From Eledone cirrhosa (taxonomy: Eukaryota), in NCBI GenBank assembly GCA_964016885.1, contig OZ024751.1, forward strand, positions 29,016,001-29,080,000: a stretch of 64,000 nucleotides of DNA. The letters are read 5' to 3'. Under the pieces are notes generated by a model, which was given only the letters and a program-made list of their open reading frames with translations, was not told the origin of the DNA and did no database searches. The translations under genes and the position numbers were made by a program. Below, piece by piece: positions 43,113-57,769 of the stretch. Each line of letters begins with the position of its first letter. Within the stretch, counting starts at the first letter, position 1.

Positions 43113-45149
43113 AATTGTTTTCCATGCTGCCATGGTTTGGCTAGGTTGTCATGGTTCTGAGACTAGACAGGTCATAGAACTTAGTAGAACTCATACGATC
43201 CATAAACGTATGACAACAACATTAACATCAACATCATATTAAAATATACCCAAAGAAAGTTTCTGCAGTGAAAGAAAGTTTCATAACTTCGCAGTAACTT
43301 TCACGTAACCAAGCTTAGTAGCATTCTCATATCATTTGATGCTACAGTAATGTACCCATTGACTCTACAACAAACATAACAAACCAACACAAAAGTCTCT
43401 ATGTACTCACCTGACCTGCTAGAAATAAGAGTGAAATCTCTTCTTAACTCTTTTGATACCAAAATCAACTAACTGCCCTTGGTGCTATGATACAAAACTG
43501 TTTATTTTAAAGTATTTATATTTATCTAAGAAAAAACTTCCATCATAATCTTTTATAAGAACCTTTGTTAAGTTCTGTTCCAAACAAACTGAAACTACCT
43601 CTTGATTCAATGATGCAAAACTGTTTATTTAAAAATAGTTATATTAATCTAAAAACCTTCCACTGTAATTTTTTGTAAGAACCTTTGTTAAGTTATGTTC
43701 CAAACACCAGCTTGATTAGGAAATCCCTCCAAATTCTTGATTAGTTTCAAATTGATTTGAAAATCAGAGGCAGTACCTTTCATTAGAAATATGGCGAAGA
43801 ACAGGTTTAATCACACCCAACTGTCTCAAGGAAAAAAATAAGCAACCATGGGCAACCTTTTTCGAGCAGTGGGCCACATAGGATGTGGCTCTTTATAAGG
43901 CCTTCCATTCAGAAAGCCAAACGAGTCACAGTTTACCCATGACTGATTTAGACAATGCAATCCTGGGTATTATAATAAAAAAAGAAGAAATGAACAGGAT
44001 GGTCACAGCTGGAATGTCTTTGATCATATGTCTAGCCTTGCTTAGAACTGATTTAAAGCTAAACAACAAGAACACTTCTGAGAATGTTATATCAATAATA
44101 TAATCAATAACTTCTATTCAATCAATGCCATTAGCATTTTTTGTATCATTTGATGTGGAAAACCTTGAAAAAATGTACCCAATGACATTACATTATTTAA
44201 ATCCAATCTTAAACCTTTCTTCTTTTGATCCAGAAAGAAGCCTCTATGTGGTAGTCCAGACTGTTAGAAATAGCCAATGGAATCACAATCTTAAGCCTCT
44301 TCATAGCAAACCGTCTTTGAAACCATCTCTAGCTCTATATTGCACAAAAATCATCATCATCATTTAACGTCTATCTTCCATGCTAGCATGGGTTAGACGG
44401 GAATTGTCCCACTTGAGGCAAGATAGATCGGGTGACCCTGTCTTGCTCATATTGGACTGTATCTGGCAGGTTTTTTATGGCTGGATACCCTTCCTAACAC
44501 CAACCACATTTAGAGTGTGGACTGGGAGCCTTCTTACCATGTCTCCTACACAACCACTTTACAGCGTGGACTGGGTGCTTTTTGTCGTGACACCTACACG
44601 ACCACTTTAGTGTAGAATGGATATTCTGTGGTACCAACATAAAAGGGTGGTGTTGGTGACAGTGAGAGGATGGAGTAGGGGTAGTGGGTTGGGGTGTATT
44701 TTTTGTTTGTTTTAAAATATTTATACTTATCTAAAACTCCTGTCATAATTCTATGTAAGAACCTTTATTAAGTTATGCCCTAAACACCAGCCTAATAATC
44801 CAAATTACTAAAAATAGTCAAGAAAATCTGTGAATGTCACATCACTATCTTAAACCTTTAGCATTTAAACCGGCCATATCCAGCCAGAATTCACTTACCT
44901 CTTTCTGTTCAAACTGGCTGTAACTGGCTACTCATACATATGTTAAGGTATTGTTCTCAAAATAAATAATATCGAAATCTCATAGATTTAATATTTTGTG
45001 AAATATTATGTGAGGTAAAGCCTTTATCTCAAAAATATAATAGTATATATTTACTCTATATTTACTATTATATTTTCACGGTAAAGGCTTAACTTCAAAC
45101 ACTACACTAATAATGAGAAAGTGGTGGAATGAAAATCAAGAGCGGCTAT

Positions 45150-45748
45150 TTGAAGGGAAGGATAAATTCAACCCCAGTACATTACTGGTGCTTTATTTTA
45201 TCGACCTTGTAAAGATGAAAGGCAAAATTAACCTCAGCAGGATTTGAACTCAGAACGTAAATGGCCGTAACTACATGCTGCAAAGCATATTGTTTGATAT
45301 TCCACCGATACTGCCATTCTACTGCTCTTATAGAGAGGATGTGAGATAGAAATAATATAATAATTGTTTGTACATTTGGCACAAGGCCAGCAATTACCCA
45401 GTGCATTACTGGTACTTTATTTTATCGACCCCGTAAGGATGAAAGGCAAAGTTGACCTCAGCCGGATTTGAACTCAGACTGTAAAGGGCCGTAACTCTAT
45501 GCTGCAAAGCATGGTGTCCAGCCTTCTACTGATACTTCCAAAATCACCGCCATTAGAAATAATAATAATTGTTTCTATTTTAGGCACAAGGCCGCAATTA
45601 CCCAGTACATTACTGGTACTTTATTTTATCGACCCTGTAAGGATGAAAGGCAAAGTTAACCTCGGCGGGATTTGAACTCAGAATGGAAAGGGCCGTAACT
45701 CTATGCGTCAAAGCATGACATCCGACCCTCTACCGATACTGCCAATCC
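45150..45748 (-). mobile_element. Three tandem SINE A copies
   Basis: Three consecutive ttactggtactttattttatcgacc...gatttgaactcaga...gatactgcca units. Confidence 0.88.
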
Positions 45749-46032
45749 AATGGGAATTAAAAAGGATTTGGGGCTGTCATGAGATCAAGGTCATCCCGAT
45801 TATCATAGGAGCACTAGCTAATATCTCAAAGAGTTTTCAAGGATGGTTAAAGAACATTAGTCCAGCCCTCTTTTTTGGAACACTTCAAAAGGCATGCTTG
45901 CTGGGAACAGCAAGAACCCTCTGATACGTCCTGAATATCTGAGGTAGCAGCTTGATGTTCATTTCAACAAACTTTCCAGTGAAATAACATCAATGACTGA
46001 GACTCAAAGAGAAAAATAATAATAATAATAAT
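45748..46032 (+). mobile_element. 3' end of a restriction-like-endonuclease LINE (R4/Dong-like) ending in (TAA)n
   Basis: QWELKRIWGCHEIKVIPIIIGALANISK...LQKACLLGTARTL*YVLNI* matches the VIPIxxGALG...LQKAxLLGTARIL C-terminus of R4-type elements. A short UTR follows, then aataataataataat. Confidence 0.75.
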
Positions 46033-47911
46033 GTTTTATTTAGCCATTAAGGGTAATTACATTCAATTGCAATCATACATAGAATTACATGAAACATTTA
46101 AAATATAAAATATAAAAAACATAGGTGAGGTTGGTTGGTGGAGGTGTAGTGGTGTGGTTTACAAAAACATGTGGAGATAAAGAAGAACAAAGTTATATAA
46201 ACCCCCCCCCCCCCAAACAAACAAAAACAAGTGGTGGAATGGACAGGGGTGGGGGTTATAGAAAATCTCCTCCATTGCTCATTCACTCTTTTATTCCTTG
46301 AAATTAGCCATGTTCTTTTTCATCAACCGGTAACTCTTTTTTCCAGAATATTCCGTTCAGAATCAATCAAAACCTTTTCTTTTTTTCTTTTATCCATTTC
46401 CTTGTATTCTTTGTTCATTTTTTGTGGATGGGGTATGAGGTGAGGGAGCGGGTGGTGGCTAGGGGTGATGGTGTGGGTTAATGAAAAATGGAATTGGGAT
46501 CTGGGATCAGAATTACCACTTTTAATTCTTACTACCTTCCTCTCCTACACATACACACCTTATACCCACTCTTGACCATAGATTTTAAAATCAAAATTCG
46601 TTTTATTTTTTACCCCTATTTCTGTTAGTTATTTAAATTTTTTGTTTGTTTGTTCAGTTGTGTATTTAACCTCTACCAAAATGTTATTTGTTGTTGGTTT
46701 TTTTAATAATTTTTTTTTATTTGTATTTTATCGTTGTTATTGTTGTTGTAGTAGTCTGGAATTAAAACCACTTTAACAACTCGAAATTCTTCACAAATGT
46801 GTTATGTTTAAAAATATAAAATAAATTCATTTTTTAAATATTTATTTTCTAAATATATATTTTTTTATTTTCAATACTTTTTAAAATTATTTTTTATGTA
46901 TTTAAAAAAAAATTCTTATAGGGCATTTTATTTATAGGGGTTCTTTGTTTTAAATTGTTTTAACAGTTTTTTTTAAATATATTTATTGGTGGGGCAACAT
47001 GCACGGCTGGGGTGGGGGTGGGTATCGTTGTGTCTTAAAGGTTTCTTTATATTTTTATTTTTTCTGTTTTAATTGTTTATTTTTCATATTATTTAAAGCT
47101 TTTTAATAATAATAATAATAATAATAATGATGATGATTTCTTTATTGGCCACAAGGGCTGACATCAAGAAAAACATTACATACGGCAATAATGATACTGA
47201 TATTAATGTGTGGTGATAAGTTATATTAATAGTAAATAATAATAACAAAATAATAGTAATAATGATAATAATTATTTTAAGTGATTTCCCTTGTTTTAAA
47301 CAGTTTTTGTTCACCCTTAATGTCTGTGTTATTGATGTTGTTGCTGTTGTTGCTGTTGGTTATGGTTGTTGTTGTTGTTGCTACTGTTCTTGTTATTGTT
47401 ATTGATGTTGTTGTTGCAGTAGTTATTGCTGTTAGTTATGATGTTGTTATTGTTACTGTTCCCTCTTATTGCCGTTATTACTGTTGTTGTTGTTGTTAGT
47501 TATGGTTGTTGTTGTTGTTACTACTGTTCCTTTTATTTCTGTTATTGTTAATGGTTTCTCTATTTATATTGTTGTTGTTAATGGTTCTCTCTGTATTTAT
47601 AAAATGGATGTCTGATTCTTTGCTTTGTTTTATTTTACTTGATTATATTTGTTTTGATATTTTGTTCTTATAATATTATTAATCATTAATTTTTTTTGCA
47701 TTTGTTTATAAACAAATTCTGTGTGATTTTTTTTATTTGTTTTATTTGGTGTGTTTTTTGTTAATTTTTCATCTGTATGTTGTGTTTTTTGTTTATTAAG
47801 CAAACCCCCACCCCCACCCCTAAATCTCACTGAACCCTACACCAATCTCTGGTAATTTGGGAGAGTTTTACAATTTACAACTTTTAGTTTCCCTCATTTC
47901 TCATCATTATT

Positions 47912-48612
47912 CGTGTATTGGCAGTATCGGTAGAGCGTCGGACGCCATGCTTTGCAGCAAAGAGTTACGGCCCTTTATGGTCTGAGTTCAAATCCCGCCG
48001 AGGTTAACTCTGCCTTTCATCCGTACTAGGTCGATAAAATAAAGTACCAGTAATACACTGGGATAATTGCTGGCCTTGTGCTAAAAGTAGAAACAATTAT
48101 TATTAGTATTATAAAACATGCTTTGCAGCATAGAGTTTTGGCCTTTTATTTTCAGTGTTCAAACCCTGCTCAGGTTAACTTTGCCTTTCATCCTTACGGG
48201 ATCGATAAAAATGAAGTACCAGTAATGCACTGGGGGTCGATCTAATTGACTTTCCCTTTCCCTTAAAAAAATGTTGGCTTTGTGCCTAAATCCAATATTA
48301 TTAATATTAAACATACTTTGTGGCATACAGTTAAGGCCCTTTAGGTTCTGAGTTCAAATTCCGCTGAGATTAGCTTTGCCTTTCTTTCTTACAGGGTTGA
48401 TAAAATAAAGTACCAGTAATGCACTAGGGATGATTTAATTGACTTTGCCTTTCCCTTCAAATTGCTCACCCTGTGCAAATGTGGAATGAATTATTATTAT
48501 CAAACAGGCTTTGTGGCATGTAGTTACATCCCTTTACAGTGTGAGTTCAAATCCCACCAAGGTTAGGTTTACCTTTCATCCTTATAGGGTCGATAAAATA
48601 AAGTAAAATAAA
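47912..48612 (+). mobile_element. Four tandem SINE A copies (three 5'-truncated at a similar point)
   Basis: One full copy, then units starting aaacatgctttgcagcat / aaacatactttgtggcat / aaacaggctttgtggcat. Confidence 0.85.
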
Positions 48613-48631
48613 ATAACACACTAGAGTTGAT

Positions 48632-49377
48632 TTAACCTTTTAGCATTTAAACCAGCCATATCCGGCCAGAATTCTCTCACCTTTCTGTTCAAACTGGCTG
48701 TAACCGGTTGCTCATACTGATGTTAAGGTGTTGTTCTCAAAATAGATGATATCAAAATCTCAAGATTTTGATGTAATTTATTTTGAGAACAGTACCTTAA
48801 CATGAGTATGATCGGCCGGTTACAGCCGGTTTGAAGAGAAAGAGGTGAGAGAATTCTAGCCAGATATGGCTGGTTTAACCCTTTAGCATTTACATTACTC
48901 TATATATACTATTGTATTTTCATGGTAAAGGCTTTACCTCACATAATATCTCACATAACATTTACATTACTCTATATATACTATTGTATTTTCATGGTAA
49001 AGGCTTTACCGCACATAATATCTCACATAACATTTACATTACTCTATATATACTATTGTATTTTCATGGTAAAGGCTTTACCTCACATAATATCTCACAT
49101 AACATTTACATTACTCTATATATACTATTGTATTTTCATGGTAAAGGCTTTACCTCACATAATATCTCACATAACATTTACATTACTCTATATATACTAT
49201 TGTATTTTCATGGTAAAGGCTTTACCTCACATAATATCGAATCTATGAAATTTTGATGTTATTTATTTTGAGAACAGTACCTTAACGTCAGTATGAGTGG
49301 CCAGTTATGGCCGGTTTGAATAGAAAGAGGTGAGAGAATTCTGGCCGGATACGGCCAGTTTGAATGCTAAAGGGTTA
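48632..49377. mobile_element. Rearranged piggyBac-type MITE cluster with an internal 72-bp tandem array
   Basis: A foldback partial copy at 48632-48876 is followed by a TTAA-CCC...GGG-TTAA copy carrying ~5 near-identical 72-bp units (48885-49240). Confidence 0.8.
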
Positions 49378-49612
49378 ATGACATTGGAAACTAAAAATGA
49401 TTATGATGATGATGATGATGATCTTACCTCATACTATGTTATTCACTGCAGAATTCTAATGATGATGATGATGATGAGAGGGTGGTGTTAATGTTATCAA
49501 TAGTGGTGGTGGCAGTGATAGTGGTAAAGATGATAGTGGTGTTGATGATGGTGATGTTGGTTCTGACAATAACATGAGGAACACTAATGAAAACAAGAGA
49601 GAGCTAAGTAAG

Positions 49613-49652
<40 letters not shown>

Positions 49653-50439
49653 GACAGACAGACAGACACACACACACACATACACACCCACACACATAGA
49701 CACAGACACACACAGACAGATACACAGACACACACAGACACAGACTCACACACACACACACAGACACACAAGTGGTTTATTTCCCAAGCAATACCGGAAC
49801 ACATATGTGCATTTGTAGGTATATATATGTGTATATATATATATGTATGTGTGTGTTTATATATGTGTATATATATGTATGTATGTATACACACACACAC
49901 ACACATATATATGTATGTATGTATATATAAGATATATCTACATGTATTTCTGCATGTTTGGATATAATTAAATATACAAGCCTATCTATACGTATTTCTG
50001 TGTGCATGTATGTTTGTGAGTGTGGTAAATATGTGTGTGTCTATGTGAGAGAGAGTGTTTGTGTGTGTATGTGTAAATACATGTGTGTGTTGATGTGGGG
50101 ACACAAGTGGTTACATAAATATTTGTATACTGTTGCTTTTGCTGTTGTTGTTGATTGGAAATATCATTGGAGAGAAGCATGTTCAGTCTTGAAAATTACC
50201 ATCCTGTACTGGTACCATGTGATAGAGGGGGACGGGAGACTAGTGGTTCCATCTGAAAGGGGAAGAGAGAGGGCGGATGTACTAGTTCCATGTGTGAGAG
50301 GGAGAGGGATGGAGAGAAAGAGGGGTAGATTATACTGGTTCCATATGAGAAGGAAAGAGAGAGGGGGGGGGGGGAGATTGTACTGGTTTAATGTGAGAGA
50401 GTGAGAGCGAGGGAATCCTGTATTAGTTCCTTGGAAGAG

Positions 50440-50517
<78 letters not shown>

Positions 50518-50654
50518 GGAATAGAATGAAACGAAATTTCATTTCTCACTCTTAGTACGGCACTTACTTAAATGTAAGTATGTATGTATACGTACATACA
50601 TATATATATACAGACGTCTGTATACATATATGTATGTACGTATACATACATACT

Positions 50655-50703
<49 letters not shown>

Positions 50704-50809
50704 TGAAGGGTATACTGTAATAGTTATGAGAGAGAGGGGAAATTGATATAAGTCCCTACCCATCCAGCAAAGATCTAACATTCAATTGAATATTTTCATT
50801 ATCAGTGAT

Positions 50810-51420
50810 GTTACTGCGTAAATACAGTGTGTTAATGCGTAATTATATGGTCTTACTGCATAAATATAGTGTGTTACTGAATAAATATACTGTTAACTGC
50901 ATAAATATACTGTGTTACTGTGTAAATAGTTTGTTACTGCATATACACAATGTGTTACTGTTTAAATATAGTGTGTTACTGCGTAAATATACTTTATTAC
51001 TCATACACAATGTGTTACTGTGTAAATATAGTGTGTTACTGTATAAATATACTTTGTTATTACATATATACAATGTATTACTGTGTAAATATAGTGTGTT
51101 ACTGCATAAATATACGGTATTACTGTGTAAATATAGTGTGTTACTGTGTAAATATAGTGTGTTACTGCATAAATATACTGTATTACTGTGTAAATATAGC
51201 GTGTTACTGCATAAATATACTGTATTACTGTGTAAATATAGTGTGTTACTGCATAAATATACTGTATTACTGTGTAAATATAGTGTGTTACTGCATAAAT
51301 ATACTGTATTACTATGTAAATATACTGTGTTACTGTGTAAATATAGTGTGTTACTGCATGAATATACTATGTTACTGCATAAATGCAATGTTACTGCGTA
51401 ACTATAGTGTTACTGCATAT
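50810..51420. repeat. 21-bp minisatellite
   Basis: ttactg(ca/tg)taaatata(g/c)tgt(g/a) units; 7-aa periodicity in the ORFs. Confidence 0.9.
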
Positions 51421-52304
51421 ATACAGTTTGTTATTGTGAGGTTGTGAGTTCGATTCCCAGACCCAGCAATGTCATTGAGCAAACACTTTATTTCACATTG
51501 TTCTTTCTGCTAGGATTTGCAGCAACCAGTAGATAGCATCACCAATGGAAAGACCAATGGAAACATTGTTCCACCCCACTCAAGTGAGGTCTGGGTTCTT
51601 TTCAATCAATTTGATTCGACACCCTGTGAAGTGTTTAGTGTTAGGGATAAAGTTAACATCTAGCTGTAGAAAGCTTGAAGTAATATAAATGGAATGTAGG
51701 CATAAGATTTGATCCTGAAATAGTCTAGAAGAACAGTAACTCTAAATAAGAACTGACTCGGGCTCAGTTGACCTGTCCAACTTTACCAGGGTGAGAAACT
51801 AGTAGTGGTGGTGAGGCTGGTTGTGGTGGTAGTGGTGGTGGTGGTGGTGGTGTTGTTGTTGATAGTAATGGTGTCATTGTTGTTGTTGATAGTGGTGGTG
51901 TTGGTAATGATGCTGTTGTTGTTGTCAATGGTAATGGTGGTGGTGGTAATGATGGTTTTGTTGTTGCTGTTGTTGTTGGTGGTGGTGGTAATGATGGTTT
52001 TGTTGTTGCTGTTGTTGTTGATGGTGGTGGTGGTAATGATGGTTTTGTTGTTGATGGTGGTAGTGTTGGTAATGTTGTTGTTGTTGCTGATGGCAATGGT
52101 GTCAGTGGTGTTGTTGAAGGTGGTGGTGGTAATGATGGTGTCGTTGTTGTTGTTGTCGATGGTGTCAGTGTTGGTTATGGTGGTGGTGCTGGTGATATGG
52201 GTGTTGGAATTTTCCCAAAAGTTATTAAAGATATTAAAGGATTATATCTATATTTATCCAAATTTGTTTGTTTTTGAAACCCTTGTTTATAAACGTATTC
52301 TCTC

Positions 52305-52343
<39 letters not shown>

Positions 52344-52344
52344 A

Positions 52345-52375
<31 letters not shown>

Positions 52376-53954
52376 AACAATGAAACAGAAGCCAGTAGGT
52401 TAGAATTTACCTAATTTTATTGATTACATAATCGCTGTTATACCTATTTTGATGGCAATTGTTATGTAACAATTACGACCTCATATATACATATGTTTAA
52501 AATGCTGGAGAGAACAACAAAGATTTATGAATACATATTTATATATAGCAATACAATAGCTCTTAGACACACATAATAGAACTTTATCATGTTGTGTCTG
52601 TTGATATAGTCTAACAACCTAATATGCATTGAACACACTAACCTTCTCTCTACTGGCTAGTAGTAACCTGTATAACTAATCACCCTTCTCTCCTCCTGAT
52701 TAGCTTACTTGCTTTTTACCTTATATATATATATATATAAACTAAGACCATATATTCCTCAACTAGAATGTCTTTCCTTATCATATACCTTCCTGTTTGT
52801 CCAAGCTCTAATTTTCTCTCATATTTACACAGCATATCTAACAAAGCATGGTTGATTGATTTCTCTCTAGCTTACACAACCCTTTACAGTCACTGCTTCT
52901 GTTTCACTACTGTGCAACATTGCACTTCACATACAGACATCATAGTCGATTCTTAATTCAAATGTTTATAGTATCTTTACAAATGGTCAGATCCTTGTGA
53001 AAATTTGCAGTATTAGACTTTAATTTTTAACACGATGCACCTATAAAAGTTTTGTTTTGTATTTTTCAAAGAATTTCTTGCTAATGTGGTTTGTTAATTC
53101 AATTGATGTACAGCATTAGAAACCCAGACAAAACTGTAAAGTATGACCAAAATACTGGTTTCCCTCTGCACACGCGCACACATACACACACACAAAACTC
53201 CCTGCCATACCTCAGTTCCATCAAAGACTGTGGCAAATCTATCCACTCTACGTCAGCCTAGAAGGTGGATGTAAATTGATGATGATAATTATTAAATATG
53301 ACAAACCAATCACTGCTCTTGTTTATTGCCATCAACATTGCAAACACACAAAAAAAAGGGAATCAAAAGAAAAAAGTCTGGAAAGCAACAAATCACCAAA
53401 GAACAGCAAAAATTATTTGAAACGAAAAAAAAAAAAAACTTTGGCATTTACAAACGAAGTTTATCCAATCAAATCAATATTATTGTTGGTCTCTCAAATA
53501 TTTTTTGGGTTTATTATTTGATTTTTTTTTTCTACTTTCCAGACTCTCCAGGGATTTTTTACTGTTTTTTTTTTTTTGTTAAGGTGACCAATTTTTTAGT
53601 GTTTTGTGTTTTTTGTTTTGCAAATGTTTTTATAGGGAAGGGTGCGTGGGGTTAAAAATTATTAATTATTTTTCTAAATTTTTTAGCTTTACTTTTCCCA
53701 CCTCCCTCTTATACCTTCTCCCCAGAAAAAACTAAAATAACAAAAAACAAGAAAAAAACATGAAAACAAAACAAAAACAAACAAACAAACATGAAAATGA
53801 AAATATGGGACACAAAAGAACAAGAGTAAATAAAGTTTCCTTTGCAACAATACATGTATATATATGTGTGTGTTTATGTATGTATATATATGTGTATATA
53901 TATTTATATGGTATTGTGATATATAATAGATGTATTATATATATATATAATGTA

Positions 53955-54058
53955 TACAGTGTGTGTCCCCAAAATGTATACACACTTCAACAGCATTTTA
54001 ATAAATATTGCCTGTACAGGTAATCAAAGTGTGTATACTTTTTTTAGGGACGCCCTAT
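53955..54058. mobile_element. Tiny mariner-like hairpin MITE, second copy
   Basis: tacagtgtgtgtccccaaaatgtatacacactt...aagtgtgtatactttttttagggacgccctata. Confidence 0.65.
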
Positions 54059-54498
54059 ATATATATATACACATACACACACACACACACCACATATGTA
54101 TAAATATATATATATATAAAAGGTAAACAGAAATAACAACACAATCGGTACAGTATATGGAAGGGATATATTAGGTTAACGCTTGAAATAGCAGGAAGAG
54201 GGTCTTAAAGTTTCGGAAGCTAGTCCTTCATCAGAGGAAAGAAAACATTGAAGAGACGGGCAGGGTGGAATTGGAAAAAAATGTTTTTAGAGAAAAATAA
54301 CAGGTCCATTACTAATCTCTTCTTACTAATAGCTCTTAGACACACAGAATAGAACTTTATCATGTTATATCAGTTGATATTCTTCAATTTAAAGGTTTCT
54401 CCTAGACAGCACCTCTCTAGTTCTTCATTTCTTGTGGGCTTTTGGAAAATAATCTATATTTCTTCCTGTCTACATTCTTATTCTTTCTATATATATTT

Positions 54499-54700
54499 GT
54501 GGAGGCGTGTGGCTGAGTGGTTAGAGAATTGGATTCGCAATCGCGAGGTTGTGAGTTCGATTCCCGTACCGGGCGATGCGTTATGTCCTTGAGTAAGACA
54601 CTTTATTTCACGTTGCTCCTTCTACCTGGAGTTGCGACCAATAGATTGTATTAGCAATTGGAAAGACCAATGGAAACATTGTTTCCTCGGTCCGATTTGA
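54499..54700 (+). mobile_element. tRNA/CORE-like SINE with an alternative 3' module (ggaaagaccaatggaaacattgtt)
   Basis: tggctgagtggttagag, gagttcgattccc, ccttgagtaagacacttt. The same module occurs at 51430-51575(+) and tandemly at 14240-14590(-). Confidence 0.8.
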
Positions 54701-54930
54701 TGAAAGTCCCTTGTATATATATATATAAATATACAAAATTTAGTACAGCATCATCGAAGCTCTGGTTGCAGCCAAGCTAACGAATGCAATCTCGGTATGC
54801 AGCTAAGCACTCAATAGGGTATATTACCCTAGAGTTATAACATTACGTTTCGACAGCTTTGCAAATCGAATACAGCGACCGATAGACGGGCCGCAGTGAC
54901 CATAGCGACGAAAAAGACTGAACTCAGGAA

Positions 54931-54997
<67 letters not shown>

Positions 54998-55489
54998 TAT
55001 ATATATATATATGTTATATGTATATATATATATATTTTCAGAAGATCCCGTTAAGGGTGAAAGCAGCGATTCTTTGCTTAAACTTTAATCTGTTATTTTA
55101 ATAAATATTTGCTCTACGGTTCTTATATATTTGATATATATTTTCCTTATCGAGCCCTCTTTGGATTTTAGTCTTCAATTTTATTATTATTACTATATAT
55201 ATATATATAGCCAAACAAATAGAAGGCGGAGGATTGGCAGTATCGGTAGAAGGTCGGGCGCCATGCTTTGCAGCATAGAGTTACGCCCCTTTATAGTCTG
55301 AGTTCAAATCCCGCCTAGGTTAACTTTGCCTTTCATCCTTACGGAGTCGATAAAATAAAGTACCAGTAATGTACTGGGATAATTGCTGGCCTTGTGCCAA
55401 AAGTAGAAACAATTATATATTGTCAAACAGTTTAGTTAAGGGAAGTGACAACATCTATTACAAGATTAGCAACAACAACAGGACTTCAA

Positions 55490-57050
55490 CAACAACTAAT
55501 ACAACAGCTACCACCACCATCACCACAACAACAACAACTAATACAACAGCTACCACCACCATCACCACAACAACAACAACTAATACAACAGCTACCACCA
55601 CCATCACCACAACAACAACAACTAATACAACAGCTACCACCACCATCACCACCACCACAACAACAACTAATACAACAGCTACCACCACCATCACCACCAC
55701 AACAACAACTAATACAACAGCTACCACCACCATCACCACAACAACAACAACTAATACAACAGCTACCACCACCATCACCACAACAACAACAACTAATACA
55801 ACAGCTACCACCACCATCACCACAACAACAACAACTAATACAACAGCTACCACCACCATCACCACAACAACAACAACTAATACAACAGCTACCACCACCA
55901 TCACCACAACAACAACAACTAATACAACAGCTACCACCACCATCACCACAACAACAACAACTAATACAACAGCTACCACCACCATCACCACAACAACAAC
56001 AACTAATACAACAGCTACCACCACCATCACCACCACAACAACAACAACTAATACAACAGCTACCACCACCATCACCACCACAACAACAACAACTAATACA
56101 ACAGCTACCACCACCATCACCACAACAACAACAACTAATACAACAGCTACCACCACCATCACCACCACCACAACAACAACTAATACAACAGCTACCACCA
56201 CCATCACCACCACAACAACAACAACTAATACAACAGCTACCACCACCATCACCACCACCACAACAACAACTAATACAACAGCTACCACCACCATCACCAC
56301 AACAACAACAACTAATACAACAGCTACCACCACCATCACCACCACCACAACAACAACTAATACAACAGCTACCACCACCATCACCACCACCACAACAACA
56401 ACTAATACAACAGCTACCACCACCATCACCACAACAACAACAACAACTAATACAACAGCTACCACCACCATCACCACAACAACAACAACAACTAATACAA
56501 CAGCTACCACCACCATCACCACAACAACAACAACTAATACAACAGCTACCACCACCATCACCACAACAACAACAACTAATACAACAGCTACCACCACCAT
56601 CACCACCACAACAACAACTAATACAACAGCTACCACCACCATCACCACCACCACCACAACAACAACTAATACAACAGCTACCACCACCATCACCACAACA
56701 ACAACAACTAATACAACAGCTACCACCACCATCACCACCACAACAACAACTAATACAACAGCTACCACCACCATCACCACCACCACAACAACAACTAATA
56801 CAACAGCTACCACCACCATCACCACCACAACAACAACTAATACAACAGCTACCACCACCATCACCACCACCACAACAACAACTAATACAACAGCTACCAC
56901 CACCATCACCACCACAACAACAACTAATACAACAGCTACCACCACCATCACCACCACCACAACAACAACTAATACAACAGCTACCACCACCATCACCACA
57001 ACAACAACGACTAATACAACAGCTACCACCACCACCATCACCACAACAAT
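55490..57050. repeat. 42-48-bp trinucleotide-built minisatellite (~36 units)
   Basis: Unit actaatacaacagctaccaccaccatcacc(acc)n(aca)n; this explains the 535-587 aa ORFs. Confidence 0.95.
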
Positions 57051-57322
57051 AACAGCAGCAACAATAAGAAATCCAATAACTATTGCAATAACAAAGAGAA
57101 CAGCTACTATGACAATAATGAGGGAAGCTTGAAATAAAAGTAAACTAGCTTGGCACAAAGGAGGTGTTAAAGTTTACCCTCCAGTTTTGAAATACACACA
57201 CACACATGTGTGTATACTGATTGTGTTGATATTTCTGTTTACCTTTTACATATATATATATAATGTAGGAGGTAAGTTTTATTGTAGTACAATAAAGCAA
57301 TGCATTGTAGTACAATAAAGCA

Positions 57323-57364
<42 letters not shown>

Positions 57365-57737
57365 CTATGTGTGTGTACATTGTTGTGAAGTAGCTGGATC
57401 CCACCCACAAGCTGCTGGAGAAGTTTATATATATATATATATATGTTTATAAGTTTAAGAAACATCTGTTGTGTGTATATGTATGTATGTATATATTGGC
57501 CTATATATGTATGTATATATATTGGCCTATATATGTATGTATGTATATATTGGCTTAAATATGTATGTATATTGGCCTATATATGTATGTATGTATGTAT
57601 GTATATTGGCCTATGTATGTATGTATGTATGTATATTGGCCTATATATGTATGTATGTATGTGTATTGAGCATACTTGTCAGCACTTCTCCCCATAGGCA
57701 TGGGATCTTGAATGACTTTGTAAATATGTGTGTATAC

Positions 57738-57769
<32 letters not shown>

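Noticed and set aside
55036-55075. cagaaga tccc-gttaa-gggt gaaa hammerhead-like motif
   Set aside because: The core U is mutated and there is no stem I/III closure.
55369-57158. 535-587 aa Thr-rich, Gln/Pro-rich and Val-rich ORFs resembling mucins
   Set aside because: They are open in several frames because the minisatellite is built from trinucleotides, and the 55369 ATG lies inside a SINE.
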